The notes below the pieces were generated by a model. That model did no database searches, was not told where the DNA came from, and saw nothing but the letters and a program-made list of their open reading frames with translations. DNA of 30,430 nucleotides, taken from positions 1 through 30,430 of the forward strand of contig JBNKCR010000096.1 in the NCBI GenBank assembly GCA_050287845.1. Reading direction: 5' to 3'. Position numbers and translations under genes: made by a program. Source of the DNA: Polyangia bacterium (GTDB lineage Bacteria > Myxococcota_A > Polyangia > JAAYKL01). Shown here piece by piece: positions 17,146 to 27,183 of the stretch (positions are counted from its first letter, which is position 1; the number at the start of each line of letters is the position of its first letter).

Positions 17146-18377
17146 GGAATCTCCGTAATTTCGAGTGCGAGTTCATCTGCCACGGTGACCAGTTGTCCTT
17201 TGCAGAGCAGACGATTGCCGGCTTTCAGATACACCGTGTCGCTGACGGGTCTGTTCAGTCTGAGTATCTGTCCCGGCATCAGTGTGGAAATGTCCTTCAC
17301 AGTCATGTGGAGCTCCCCCAGCTCGACGGTGCAGGGAACATCAATTTCCTCCGCGGGGGTTGTCCGGGGAGGGATTATTTGCAGTGTGTTATCCGATGTA
17401 CCGGTCATGTCACTGTTGTCCTTCAGTTGAAGTGTTGAGGTATCCAGCCAGCTGGCAGTCAATGTAAAATAGCCACTTCGCAGCACCATTTCATTTTTTA
17501 TCTCAAATTCCGTTGCGGCATGGGGTGCCCGGCAACGGGGAACACAGAGCGAGTCAAGAGTGATGACGTCTCCGGGCGCCATGGCTTCAAGGGCAGTGGC
17601 GCCAAGGGTGGTGCGACCGATTTCGACGCGCAGGACAGCCGGAATATCGAATGTGCAATCTGAATCGGCGCGCGCGGTCCATCCTGGCTGGAAAAAGGGT
17701 GTCCCCGGCATTTCGATGGCACCATTCCCAATGATGGTGCTGGGGGTTGCGTCTCCATTCATGCGCAGCGACGCATTCACATGCCAGAGGCTGTCGGGAC
17801 GGTTGGCAAAAAAAAGCCGGAGCTGCGCAGGGGTATCCAGAAGCCCGCGAATTTCGATTTGGCACGCTTCGGGGTCCAGAAAATCTGTTGCGGCCAAGGC
17901 AGCCACGCGGAGCAGCACGCCCTGGTCAAAGGTGCGGAATACATCGGTGTCGAGGGACGCAGGCCTGCCCAGGGCGAGGGTCACCACATTCAGGGCGGCG
18001 GTCCGATCCAATAGGACAACAATGCGCCCGGTGGACCGGGGGGACACCATGGCAATGGCAATGAAGTCTTCAGGAAATGGAGGAAAGCCGGTACCCACGC
18101 CGTGAAACTGCATGTGGAAGTCCGTCCGGTTCCCATAGGCGCCCAGACCGGTCAGTGGCAACGGATTGGTCAGCGACGCCAATACCTGAATCAGACGATC
18201 GCGCAGTTGCATTCCGGCAACGGGGACGCTTCGGGGGAGGAATGGCCCGATGTTTTCGAGGTGCCGAAAATCCGATGGCAGTGTTTTGATTCGACTTGAG
18301 ATTTTGAGCGCTCCTTTGTGTTCAAACCACTTTAATTGGGGAAATGTGAACCGAATTTCTTGCCCGTTGTCAAGCAA
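17142..18377 (-). CDS. FliM/FliN C-terminal (SpoA) domain protein, SctQ/YscQ-like
   Basis: Two SpoA-like segments: LRVEIGRTTL...MAPGDVITLD and IDVPCTVELGELHMTVKDISTLMPGQILRL...CKGQLVTVADELALEITEI. Start codon is uncertain. Confidence 0.8.
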   Translation of the reverse strand: MLDNGQEIRFTFPQLKWFEHKGALKISSRIKTLPSDFRHLENIGPFLPRSVPVAGMQLRDRLIQVLASLTNPLPLTGLGAYGNRTDFHMQFHGVGTGFPPFPEDFIAIAMVSPRSTGRIVVLLDRTAALNVVTLALGRPASLDTDVFRTFDQGVLLRVAALAATDFLDPEACQIEIRGLLDTPAQLRLFFANRPDSLWHVNASLRMNGDATPSTIIGNGAIEMPGTPFFQPGWTARADSDCTFDIPAVLRVEIGRTTLGATALEAMAPGDVITLDSLCVPRCRAPHAATEFEIKNEMVLRSGYFTLTASWLDTSTLQLKDNSDMTGTSDNTLQIIPPRTTPAEEIDVPCTVELGELHMTVKDISTLMPGQILRLNRPVSDTVYLKAGNRLLCKGQLVTVADELALEITEIP

Positions 18378-18388
18378 GCATATATAAC
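18360..18388 (+). promoter_or_regulatory. Candidate sigma70 promoter for the kinase (possibly leaderless transcript)
   Basis: TTGCCC-N17-TATAAC, ending 6 nt before ATG 18395; no RBS on the + strand. Confidence 0.45.
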
Positions 18389-18394
18389 CCTCCT

Positions 18395-19537
18395 ATGACA
18401 GATGAGCTGATTGGCAAAGAAATTCTTGGGCAGTTTCGCATTGTTGAAAAAATCGGCAGAGGCGGAATGGGGGCCGTATATAAAGCGGAACAGCCCGCCA
18501 TGGATCGGGTTGTGGCCATCAAAATTCTGCATCAGAAATTGGCCGGGCGAAAAGATCTGGTATCCCGGTTTCGCCGGGAAGCCCGGGCCATGAGCAGGCT
18601 TTCTCATCCCAATACCGTTCGCGTGTTTCTGTATGGACAGCTGGAGAATACCGGCCAGCTGTACATTGCCATGGAATATCTGAAGGGGATGGATCTGGCC
18701 AAAAACACGCGGGTGGAAGGCCCCATGCATCCGCAGCGGGCGGCCAAAATCATGATTCAGGTTCTGGGCGCCCTCGAAGAAGCCCACGATGTTGGGGTGA
18801 TTCACCGGGATTTGAAACCGGAGAATATTCTGCTCACCTGTCAGGGGGGAATCGAAGATACGCCCAAGGTGCTCGATTTCGGCCTTGCCAAGGTACAGGA
18901 CTCCAAAATGCGTCCCGGTTCCATGGTGCTCACCCGCCAGGGAATGGTGTTCGGCACTCCGGAATTCATGTCGCCGGAACAGGCCCGGGGCGATGAGCTG
19001 GATGCCCGTTCTGACATTTATTCGGTGGGCATCATTCTGTATGAGATGCTGACCGGTAAATTGCCGTTTCCCAGATGTAAACCCATGGAATACATCACCC
19101 ATCAGATCAACACGCCGCCCATCCCGGTGACGGAACGGCGTCCGGATTTGAATATTCCCCGGGAACTGGATTTCATTATCGGCAAAGCTCTTGAAAAAGA
19201 TCGCAACGATCGCTATCAGTCCGCAGCGGAGTTTGCCCTGGCGTTGCAGGGGTTGCTGCCGGTGGAAGAGCAGTCCGGACCCATGCACGCGGTTCCCCAT
19301 GTGGACAAAAATTCCATTTCTCAACCGATTCGCCTCGAAAAGCGGGTGTCCACTTCCGGTGTCCCCGGCAAAGCACAGAATTCCGGCAAGGGAAAAGGGC
19401 TGGTAGTGGCGATGATGCTTATCATCATTGCACTCCTGGGAGTGGTGGTATGGCTGCTGGTGACAGAACGTGGCCCGCAGTCGAATACGGTGGTGGTGCC
19501 TACCGGTCTGACGCCGGAGAATTCCGCGAATCCGTAA
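18395..19537 (+). CDS. Hanks-type serine/threonine protein kinase with C-terminal TM helix
   Basis: IGRGGMGAVY, VAIK, HRDLKPEN, DFG, GTPEFMSPEQ and DIYSVG motifs; TM LVVAMMLIIIALLGVVVWLLV. Confidence 0.95.
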   Translation: MTDELIGKEILGQFRIVEKIGRGGMGAVYKAEQPAMDRVVAIKILHQKLAGRKDLVSRFRREARAMSRLSHPNTVRVFLYGQLENTGQLYIAMEYLKGMDLAKNTRVEGPMHPQRAAKIMIQVLGALEEAHDVGVIHRDLKPENILLTCQGGIEDTPKVLDFGLAKVQDSKMRPGSMVLTRQGMVFGTPEFMSPEQARGDELDARSDIYSVGIILYEMLTGKLPFPRCKPMEYITHQINTPPIPVTERRPDLNIPRELDFIIGKALEKDRNDRYQSAAEFALALQGLLPVEEQSGPMHAVPHVDKNSISQPIRLEKRVSTSGVPGKAQNSGKGKGLVVAMMLIIIALLGVVVWLLVTERGPQSNTVVVPTGLTPENSANP

Positions 19538-19563
19538 GTTTTTTTCGACGACCTCATTGATAG

Positions 19564-19585
19564 CTGTCTCATTTCTGTCTCATTT
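19564..19585. repeat. 11-bp perfect tandem repeat
   Basis: CTGTCTCATTT twice, in the intergenic region upstream of the MFS gene. Confidence 0.8.
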
Positions 19586-19737
19586 CAGTGAACATTCAAG
19601 CAGTGTTCTGTCCCCGCCGCAGTGCTTTCATATGTGCTGATGAATCGATGAGAAATAATGATTAAAAAAGGGTGATTACCGTTTGATTGAAAAAACTTTT
19701 AGGAGTAGGTTCATGAAAATTTTCGGTGCTTCAGAGG

Positions 19738-19765
19738 TGCTATAACGATATGAATTTTGTTCATA
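19738..19765 (+). promoter_or_regulatory. Candidate extended -10 promoter with adjacent operator palindrome
   Basis: TG-C-TATAAC (19738-19746) followed by TATGAA-N5-TTCATA (19749-19765). Confidence 0.45.
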
Positions 19766-19809
19766 CACCCCAATTATTTTTCAATATTCAAATCGAAAGG
19801 AACGCATAA

Positions 19810-21066
19810 ATGTCGGAAAAAGTGATGAACCGCTGGTTGGCGGTGGTAGGGGCTATTTTAATTCAGTTGGCGCTGGGCGCCATCTACGCATGGTCGGTGT
19901 TTACGCCATCTCTGACAGCCAAAGGGTGGACCAATGTACAGACCCAGGCGGTGTTCTCCGCCGGTCTGGCCGCCTTTGCGGTGGTCATGGTGCTGGCGGG
20001 CAGAATTATGCCTAAAATCGGTCCCCGAAAGCTGGCCATCGCCGGCGGCATTGTGCTCGGACTTGGGTATGCGCTGGCGGGATTTACTCAGGTCGACACG
20101 TTTTTACCTGTGTTTGTGTTGATTGGCCTTGTGGGTGGTGCCGGTATCGGTCTGGCATATGTGGTTCCCATCGCCGTTGGCGTGCGTTGGTTTCCCGACA
20201 AGAAGGGCCTCATCATGGGACTGGCGGTGGCTGGTTTCGGTTTTGGCGCCATGGGGTGGGTGAAGGGCGCGGGCGCATGGGGGCATCTGATTGAGAATGT
20301 TGGCCTTTCCAATACCTTCGCCATTTACGGTATTGCGTTTCTGCTGATGGTGGTTGTTGGCGGTATGTTCATGGTGTTTCCTCCGGATGGCTGGAAGCCG
20401 GCGGGATGGAATCCATCGGTTTCCACCAGTGGCGCAGCCCCGGCAGCGGGCGGTGTGGATTTCACCTCCGGTGAGATGCTGAAAACCCCTCAATTTTTCA
20501 TGATCTTTTTCTGTTTTGTTGCTGGCGGCGGCGCGGGTCTGATGAGCATTGGATTGATGAAGTCATACCCCATGCAGGCATTGACGGCCAACGGCATCAG
20601 CACCGAGGTGGCCAGCGGTATCGCCGGTACGGCCATGGCAGTGTTCTTTTCGCTGGCAAACGGCATGGGGAGAATCGGCTGGGGCGCCATGAGCGACAAG
20701 CTGGGGCGTAAACTCTCGATTATCATTATGCTGGCCACCCAGGGCGTGGTGGTACTGTTGTTCCCGATGATGGCCGGCAGTGAAAATCTGCTCTATCTGG
20801 GCGCCACCATTATCGGATTCAATTTCGGTGGCAATTTTGCCCTGTTTCCCTCCATTACCGCAGATACATTTGGCAATAAATTTGTGGGACAGAACTATCC
20901 CTGGGTATTCCTTGCCTACGGCGTGGGCGGCATTGCCGGACCCATTATGGGTGGAAAACTCGGCGATATGGGCAATTTTCCGTTGGCATTCACCATATGT
21001 GGTGTGGCGGTACTTGCGGCTGCAGTGGTTGCAGCACTGATTAAACCCGCGAAGAAAATCGCGTAA
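19810..21066 (+). CDS. OFA/monocarboxylate-type MFS transporter
   Basis: NRWL...LGAIYAWSVF, RWFPDKKGL..GLAVAGFGFG and GRIGWGAMSDKLGR motifs; about 12 TM segments; GAAAGGA RBS. Confidence 0.92.
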   Translation: MSEKVMNRWLAVVGAILIQLALGAIYAWSVFTPSLTAKGWTNVQTQAVFSAGLAAFAVVMVLAGRIMPKIGPRKLAIAGGIVLGLGYALAGFTQVDTFLPVFVLIGLVGGAGIGLAYVVPIAVGVRWFPDKKGLIMGLAVAGFGFGAMGWVKGAGAWGHLIENVGLSNTFAIYGIAFLLMVVVGGMFMVFPPDGWKPAGWNPSVSTSGAAPAAGGVDFTSGEMLKTPQFFMIFFCFVAGGGAGLMSIGLMKSYPMQALTANGISTEVASGIAGTAMAVFFSLANGMGRIGWGAMSDKLGRKLSIIIMLATQGVVVLLFPMMAGSENLLYLGATIIGFNFGGNFALFPSITADTFGNKFVGQNYPWVFLAYGVGGIAGPIMGGKLGDMGNFPLAFTICGVAVLAAAVVAALIKPAKKIA

Positions 21067-21169
21067 CGCGAAGAATGTCGCGTAATTGAATTTGTAATTT
21101 TTGTCGCAGAACATTGCGATTCAGGATTTGAAATTCGGGGAATCCCCCCGCAGGAAGAGGAGTCGACTC

Positions 21170-23122
21170 ATGGCAGATATATTTGAACCGATTGCAGAAT
21201 TTCGAGAGAAAGCATGGATTAAAAGTATGGACGAGTACAAGGCAATGTACGATCGCTCCATCAACGACCCGGAAGGATTCTGGGCCGAGCAGGCCGAACA
21301 GTTTCACTGGTTCAAAAAGTGGGATAAGGTTTGGAATTACAATTATGATCGCCGGGAAGGCAAAATCAGCATTGAATGGTTCCTTGGTGCCAAAACCAAT
21401 ATCACCTACAACTGCCTTGACCGACATCTGGACACCCGTGGAGACCAGGTTGCCATCATCTGGGAAGGAAATGATCCTTCTGAAGTGAGAAAGATCACGT
21501 ATAAAGAGCTCCATGAGCAGGTATGCAAATTTTCCAATGTATTGAAAGCCAATGGCGTAAAAAAAGGCGACCGCGTTTCTCTGTACATGCAGATGATTCC
21601 CGAACTGGCCGTGGCCATGATGGCCTGTGCCCGCATTGGCGCAGTTCACTCCATTTGCTTTGGCGCATTTTCTCCGGACGCTCTGGCAGATCGCTGCACC
21701 GACTCGGATTGCAAGCTGGTTGTCACTCAGGATACCGGGTTGCGCGGCACGAAAAACAATGTGCCCATGAAGACCAACGCTGACAAAGCAGCCGGCAAAG
21801 CCAGCTGTGTAGAGAAAATCATCGTTGTGAAACGCACCGGTGTGGAAGTTCCCATGCAGGCTGGCCGCGACATGTGGTGGGAAGATGAAATGGCCAAAGT
21901 GTCTGCCGATTGCCCCTGTGAGGAGATGGATGCGGAAGATCCGCTGTTCATTCTGTACACCTCCGGCTCCACCGGCAAACCCAAAGGGGTTCAGCACAAC
22001 GTGGGTGGCTACATGGTGTATACCGCCATTACCCACAAATACATTTTCGACTATCACGATGGTGACATCTACTGGTGCACGGCGGACATTGGCTGGGTAA
22101 CCGGTCACTCCTACATCGTTTATGGACCGCTGCAGAACGGCGCCACGTCCATCATGTTCGAAGGCGTGCCCACTTATCCCGAGCCCGATCGTTTCTGGGA
22201 AGTATGTGCGAAACACAAAGTCAATCAGTTCTATACCGCGCCTACCGCTATCCGCGCACTGATGGCCCAGGGAGATGACTGGACCAAAAAACACGATCTT
22301 TCCAGCCTGAAACTTCTGGGTTCCGTGGGTGAGCCTATCAACCCCGAAGCATGGATGTGGTATCACAAGAATGTGGGTAACGAAAAATGTCCCATCGTGG
22401 ATACATGGTGGCAGACAGAGACTGGCGGTATTCTGATTACACCACTCCCCGGCGCCTGGGGCACCAAGCCCGGTAGCGCAACCCTGCCTTTCTTTGGCGT
22501 GAAGCCCGTTATTCTCGAGCCCGAAAGCGGCAAGGAAATTACGGAAACGGTAGCCTCCGGCGTACTCGCCATCAGCCAGCCCTGGCCTGGCCAGATGCGT
22601 ACGGTATACGGCGACCATACCCGTTTTGAAGAAACATATTTTGATATGTACAAGGGATTCTACTTCACCGGTGACGGCGCCCGTCGCGATGAAGATGGCT
22701 ACTACTGGATTACCGGTCGTGTGGACGATGTAATCAATGTGTCCGGTCACCGCATGGGCACCGCCGAAGTGGAGAGCGCGCTGGTATCTCATCCCAAAGT
22801 GGCTGAGGCTGCCGTGGTTGGATTTCCCCACGAAATCAAAGGTCAGGGCATCTATGCCTATGTAACCTTGATTGTGGGCGAAGAATACTCCGATGCGTTG
22901 AAGAAGGAACTGGTTGCTCATGTACGTACGGAGATTGGCCCTATCGCCAGCCCCGATGTCATTCACTGGGCACCCGGTCTGCCCAAGACCCGTTCCGGTA
23001 AAATCATGCGTCGTATTCTGCGTAAAATCGCCGAGAACGACACCGGCACCATCGGTGATACCTCCACGCTGGCCGATCCGTCCGTGGTGGAAGACCTTAT
23101 TGCACGGGATCCGCGCAAATAA
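21170..23122 (+). CDS. acs: Acetyl-CoA synthetase (AMP-forming)
   Basis: [58 protein letters not shown] and [11 protein letters not shown] motifs; GAGGAG RBS before ATG 21170. Confidence 0.97.
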   Translation: MADIFEPIAEFREKAWIKSMDEYKAMYDRSINDPEGFWAEQAEQFHWFKKWDKVWNYNYDRREGKISIEWFLGAKTNITYNCLDRHLDTRGDQVAIIWEGNDPSEVRKITYKELHEQVCKFSNVLKANGVKKGDRVSLYMQMIPELAVAMMACARIGAVHSICFGAFSPDALADRCTDSDCKLVVTQDTGLRGTKNNVPMKTNADKAAGKASCVEKIIVVKRTGVEVPMQAGRDMWWEDEMAKVSADCPCEEMDAEDPLFILYTSGSTGKPKGVQHNVGGYMVYTAITHKYIFDYHDGDIYWCTADIGWVTGHSYIVYGPLQNGATSIMFEGVPTYPEPDRFWEVCAKHKVNQFYTAPTAIRALMAQGDDWTKKHDLSSLKLLGSVGEPINPEAWMWYHKNVGNEKCPIVDTWWQTETGGILITPLPGAWGTKPGSATLPFFGVKPVILEPESGKEITETVASGVLAISQPWPGQMRTVYGDHTRFEETYFDMYKGFYFTGDGARRDEDGYYWITGRVDDVINVSGHRMGTAEVESALVSHPKVAEAAVVGFPHEIKGQGIYAYVTLIVGEEYSDALKKELVAHVRTEIGPIASPDVIHWAPGLPKTRSGKIMRRILRKIAENDTGTIGDTSTLADPSVVEDLIARDPRK

Positions 23123-23167
23123 GTTCCGGATAAAACGTATCTGAACAGATACGAAGAGCATTTTAGG

Positions 23168-23206
23168 AGAGGCGATTCCTGTTGGGGATCGCCTCTTTTA
23201 TTTTTC
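23168..23206 (+). terminator. Rho-independent terminator after acs
   Basis: Stem AGAGGCGATTCC / GGGATCGCCTCT with a 5-nt loop, followed by TTTATTTTTT. Confidence 0.8.
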
Positions 23207-23536
23207 CGAATCGAATTACCGGTCGACCAAAAAAGGATGGCATTCTGTTTTCATTGCAACTGGATGCATATTCAGAAAAGACCATGGCCATCGCATATCG
23301 CCAGTCCGCCCTCGACAACACCTTCCCCGCCACCGGTCCCAAACCCGGAACAGACTTCACCTTTTCCTGGAAATAGCATCCGTCCATTCCGTCCCCCGGG
23401 GACAGTTGCCTTTTTTTATGGCCTGCTGGCGCCGACGTGGGTTTGATCTATATTTACACTTTCACATGACAAACCCCATGGCGTTGCGTTTCTTCCGGTT
23501 GTTCAGATTGAGCGCCAGGATGGAGCAGCCCGAATC

Positions 23537-24583
23537 GTGATAAATCGGATCAAACACAACCGTCTGACCATTATTTTCACCCTTGGCATTTTTGGCGCGC
23601 TGCTCTGGATGCATTCGTTGAATTTTCTTCTGTTTCACATCGTTGCGGAGATTTTTTCGACAATCATCGCTTGTTGCCTGTTTATTATTTCATGGAATTC
23701 GCGAACCATTTCCACCAACTGGTTTCTCTCATTTCTCGGCATCGCGTTTCTTTTTGTGGGCATCCTGGATTTCGCGCATGCCCTCGCATACAAGGGAATG
23801 CAGCTTCTGCAGGTGAATGACGCCAATGAGGCGACGCAACTCTGGGTGAGCGCCAGATTCATGCAGGCCCTGTCGTTGCTGATAGCGCCCAGATTCATAG
23901 ACCGCACATTCAGCTATCACGGAGTGACTGCCGTTTTCGGGGCCATCACTGTCCTGTTGCTGGGCAGTATCTTTGTCTTTCCCGTATTTCCGATTTGCTT
24001 TTCGCCCGACTCCGGGCTGACGCCGTTTAAAAAGTTGTTGGAATACGGAATCAGTTTCATCCTGATACTCTCCATCGGACATCTCTTCCTCCAGCGGAAA
24101 AAACTGCCGGACACCACGTATCATTTGTTAATCGGCGCAGCCGTGATTACCGTGCTCAGCGAAATCATGTTTACCCTCTATGTGGGGGTTGATGATATTT
24201 GCAACCATGTTGGACACCTGCTGAAAATACTGGCGTTCATTCTGATTTATCTGGCGATGGTGCAGACCACACTGAAAGACCCGATGCAGAATCTCTTTTA
24301 CCGGTTGAAAAAGAACCGGGATGAACAGGCTCAGTTGGTGACCGAACTGCAAAATGCCCTGTCGCAGGTCCGGCAGCTGGAAGGATTTCTCCCTATCTGC
24401 TCAAATTGTAAGCAGATTCGCGATGACAAGGGAGACTGGACGCAGATTGAATCCTACATCAGCGAGCACTCCGACACCCATTTCAGTCACAGCATCTGTC
24501 CGGACTGTGCAAAGAAGCTGTATCCGGATTATATGGACACCATGTATGCGGACGCGCAGCAACAGAACAACCTGAAGGATTGA
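23537..24583 (+). CDS. MASE3 membrane sensor domain protein with a C-terminal Cys/His-rich domain
   Basis: FLLFHIVAEIFS, DFAHALAYKGM, ATQLWVSAR and GLTPFKK (MASE3); C-terminal LPICSNCKQIRDDKGDW...FSHSICPDC. Confidence 0.88.
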   Translation: MINRIKHNRLTIIFTLGIFGALLWMHSLNFLLFHIVAEIFSTIIACCLFIISWNSRTISTNWFLSFLGIAFLFVGILDFAHALAYKGMQLLQVNDANEATQLWVSARFMQALSLLIAPRFIDRTFSYHGVTAVFGAITVLLLGSIFVFPVFPICFSPDSGLTPFKKLLEYGISFILILSIGHLFLQRKKLPDTTYHLLIGAAVITVLSEIMFTLYVGVDDICNHVGHLLKILAFILIYLAMVQTTLKDPMQNLFYRLKKNRDEQAQLVTELQNALSQVRQLEGFLPICSNCKQIRDDKGDWTQIESYISEHSDTHFSHSICPDCAKKLYPDYMDTMYADAQQQNNLKD

Positions 24584-24687
24584 AAAAAAGAAATCCGTTT
24601 CAGTCGATTTGAAACCGAACAATTTTGTTGAAGCCATTTCCTTCATATTAAAAAGTTGGCGTCGAATACCGGAAAGTCCACTACATT

Positions 24688-24730
24688 CCGCTGCCCGGCG
24701 GAGCGAGCGAAGCGAGTGTCTCGAAAGGGC
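24688..24730. repeat. Degenerate REP-like intergenic element
   Basis: CCGCTGCCCGGCGGAGCGAGCGAAGCGAGTGTCTCGAAAGGGC resembles the '...GAGGAGCG...CGTCTCGAAGGG' class of short dispersed repeats. Only one copy in this window. Confidence 0.4.
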
Positions 24731-24811
24731 ACTATCACGGCACCAGCCTGTTCCGAAGTATTTTTTTCCGAAGTGGTTCTCGCGTTCTTGACTATCAGCC
24801 GATATTTCTGA

Positions 24812-25231
24812 AATCACGTCCAGGCTGAACCGGATGTACACCAACTATACGGCGGTGCAAAAGTGGCTGAAATCGTTGCGCAGAGAGACACCAATTATAC
24901 AAAGAACAGCTATCTACTGGTCAATGACCTTGCGGGAACCAACAACCCTGCGGCATTGCCCCATATTGCCCGATATATGAAACATGAAGATTTTCCGATG
25001 CGTCAGGCGGCTATTTCTTCCACTGGTATTTTGGGCGCAGTCCAATACCTGCCCCAGCTGAAGGAAATTTATGCAAACGGCACCGCGGAGGAACCAAACA
25101 TTGCCGTCAAATCCATTGGGGACATGGGAACCGCGGAGGTGCTTTCGTTTATCAGGGCCGAATACGCCAACATCACCGGCGACAGCACCAAAGACACTTC
25201 ACTCAAGGAATTGATGAAACTGTACCTGTAA
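24812..25231 (+). pseudogene. 5'-truncated HEAT-repeat protein remnant
   Basis: HEAT-like segments (MRQAAISSTGILG..., AVKSIGDMGTAEVLSFI). The frame is open back to a TGA at 24809, with no convincing start or RBS. Confidence 0.5.
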
Positions 25232-25313
25232 ACCAATCCGGGGTAATCGAATTGGAGATGAGTGTTTCCAGAACTGTAGAACTCGATACCCCTGCTGTCC
25301 AGACAGGGTGCCC

Positions 25314-25342
25314 TTGACACGTTACAACTTCTGCGAGACAAT
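25314..25342 (+). promoter_or_regulatory. Candidate sigma70 promoter for the GH30 gene
   Basis: TTGACA-N17-GACAAT, 70 bp upstream of ATG 25413. Confidence 0.5.
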
Positions 25343-25412
25343 TCAACAAGGTCGGCGGTTGACCGCCTGTTGCGACCTGAGCCGCTTACTTTTATCAGGG
25401 AGACATATTGTC

Positions 25413-27128
25413 ATGGGTAGGATCAGTCATGTTTTATGGTGCTTCGGGGTTGGTTTGCTCGGCGTTACTCTGAGCATGTGTACGCCAAAGAATGCTGACA
25501 AAACAGACTCGGCATCAGATACGGATTCAGATAGTGACTCAGATACGGATACGGATTCAGATACAGACACAGACACAGACACAGACTCGGATTCGGACAC
25601 AGATACGGATTCCGATACAGACTCGGATTCAGATACAGATTCCGATACGGACACAGATACAGACTCCGATACAGACTCCGATTCGGACACAGATACAGAC
25701 TCGGATACGGACACAGATGCAGATTCCGATGCAGACACCAATTCTGATACCGAATCAGATACAGCGTCTGACACGGACATCGACATCGGTACGGACACTT
25801 CCGGAACAACCGTGACAAACCGGTTGATTACATCTGGTCCAGACAGGTATTGGGACACCGCAGCGGAGTTGATGGAGCCGACAGATGGCACCGCGAATCT
25901 GCAGGTGGATGAAAACCGGAAATTCCAACGATGGGACGGATTTGGTGGCACCTTCAACGAAATGGGGTGGGATGCCCTTCAGGCGGTAAGTAACGAGATT
26001 TCAACTGCCCTGACACTTCTTTTTCACCCCACAGAGGGCGCCAATTTCGCTATGGGTCGAATTCCGATTGGTGCCAGTGACTATGCCATGAGCTGGTACA
26101 CACTGGACGATACAGTCAACGATTACGAAATGCAGGAATTTTCGATTGAACGCGATAAGGAGATGCTGATTCCTTATATTCAGGCGTCTCTTGAAATCAA
26201 TCCGGAACTGCACTTGTGGGGAAGTCCGTGGGTGGTGCCCGATTGGATGATGGACAATCGCGCCATGCGCAGTGATTCCCAGACGCTCACAGCCCATGCG
26301 CTGTATCTGGCAAAGTTTGTAGAGGAATACAACCGGGAAGGAATGACCATTGAGGCGGTGCACGTACAGAACGAGCCGGGGTACGCGCGGGTGCGCTGGG
26401 ACCAGTCTGTTCTTATCAACTATTTCAAGACATATCTCGGACCCACATTTGCAGAGCGGGACCTGAATACGCAGATATGGTGCGGCACCATGTCCCATCC
26501 GGATGATGCGGCGATCGCAGAAGCGGTGGCGAACGACCCGGAGAGCATGGCATATGTCACGGGCTTCGGGCTTCAGTGGAACCTGGCAGACACTGTGTCC
26601 AGCCTGGCGCCATATGGGCCTGTGATGCAGACAGAACACAAGTGCGGCAACTACAATTTCGAAACGCCCTATTGGGACCAGAGCCGGTATGACTCCCAAA
26701 CGCCGCAGAACGATCATCTGTATGCCGAAGAGAGCTGGCAGCTCATCCGGGACTGGATTGTCGCCGGCGTGAACTCGTACAGTGCGTGGAACATGGTGCT
26801 CGATACCCGCGGCGTCAGTCTGGACAACTGGCCGCAGAATGCGCTTCTGGTGGTTGACCGTCAGGCGAAAAAACTGATTGTCACACCTGCCTACTATGTC
26901 TTTCGGCATTTTTCCCGATACTTGTCGCCTGGTGCAACGCGCATTTCAATCAGCGGCACCGACGATGCCCTCGCGTTCCACAATCCCGATGACAGCATTG
27001 TGGTGCAGTATTACAACAAAGCAAACGCCCTCCAATCGAATATCATGGATGTTCGCGGTGAACTGTATCAGTTCAGTACACCAGCTCACGGATGGAGCAC
27101 CATTGTAATCGGATTATCCGGAAAGTAA
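25413..27128 (+). CDS. Glycoside hydrolase family 30 lipoprotein with Asp/Thr/Ser linker
   Basis: Signal ending LSMC; about 95 aa of DT/DS repeat; [32 protein letters not shown] (acid/base), MQTE (nucleophile) and WNMVLD motifs; GGGAG RBS. Confidence 0.9.
   Translation: MGRISHVLWCFGVGLLGVTLSMCTPKNADKTDSASDTDSDSDSDTDTDSDTDTDTDTDSDSDTDTDSDTDSDSDTDSDTDTDTDSDTDSDSDTDTDSDTDTDADSDADTNSDTESDTASDTDIDIGTDTSGTTVTNRLITSGPDRYWDTAAELMEPTDGTANLQVDENRKFQRWDGFGGTFNEMGWDALQAVSNEISTALTLLFHPTEGANFAMGRIPIGASDYAMSWYTLDDTVNDYEMQEFSIERDKEMLIPYIQASLEINPELHLWGSPWVVPDWMMDNRAMRSDSQTLTAHALYLAKFVEEYNREGMTIEAVHVQNEPGYARVRWDQSVLINYFKTYLGPTFAERDLNTQIWCGTMSHPDDAAIAEAVANDPESMAYVTGFGLQWNLADTVSSLAPYGPVMQTEHKCGNYNFETPYWDQSRYDSQTPQNDHLYAEESWQLIRDWIVAGVNSYSAWNMVLDTRGVSLDNWPQNALLVVDRQAKKLIVTPAYYVFRHFSRYLSPGATRISISGTDDALAFHNPDDSIVVQYYNKANALQSNIMDVRGELYQFSTPAHGWSTIVIGLSGK
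25506..25799 (+). repeat. Coding (Asp-Thr/Ser)n hexanucleotide repeat
   Basis: GAY-ACN / GAY-TCN units with mixed synonymous codons. Confidence 0.95.
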
Positions 27129-27183
27129 GCCTCAGGACAACGGAAGTTTCCGTTCAGACAGGCAGGCCGGGCGGGACAGACGT

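Noticed and set aside
19749..19765. Rex-binding site
   Set aside because: Half-site spacing is N5 and the sequence differs from TTGTGAA-N4-TTCACAA.
21041..23161. 706-aa minus-strand ORF
   Set aside because: Antisense shadow of the well-supported acs gene; no motifs of its own.
23182..23376. 64-aa ORF after acs
   Set aside because: It starts inside the terminator hairpin, with no RBS or homology cue.
23391..23417. GGGGACAG motif here and at 7265-7272 as transposase terminal repeats
   Set aside because: A degenerate 8-mer is expected several times by chance in 30 kb, and neither has accompanying duplications.
25427..25957. SVSES-, IPIQT- and YRNRY-type repeat ORFs here and at 29194-29729
   Set aside because: Alternative-frame readings of the Asp/Thr/Ser hexanucleotide repeats.
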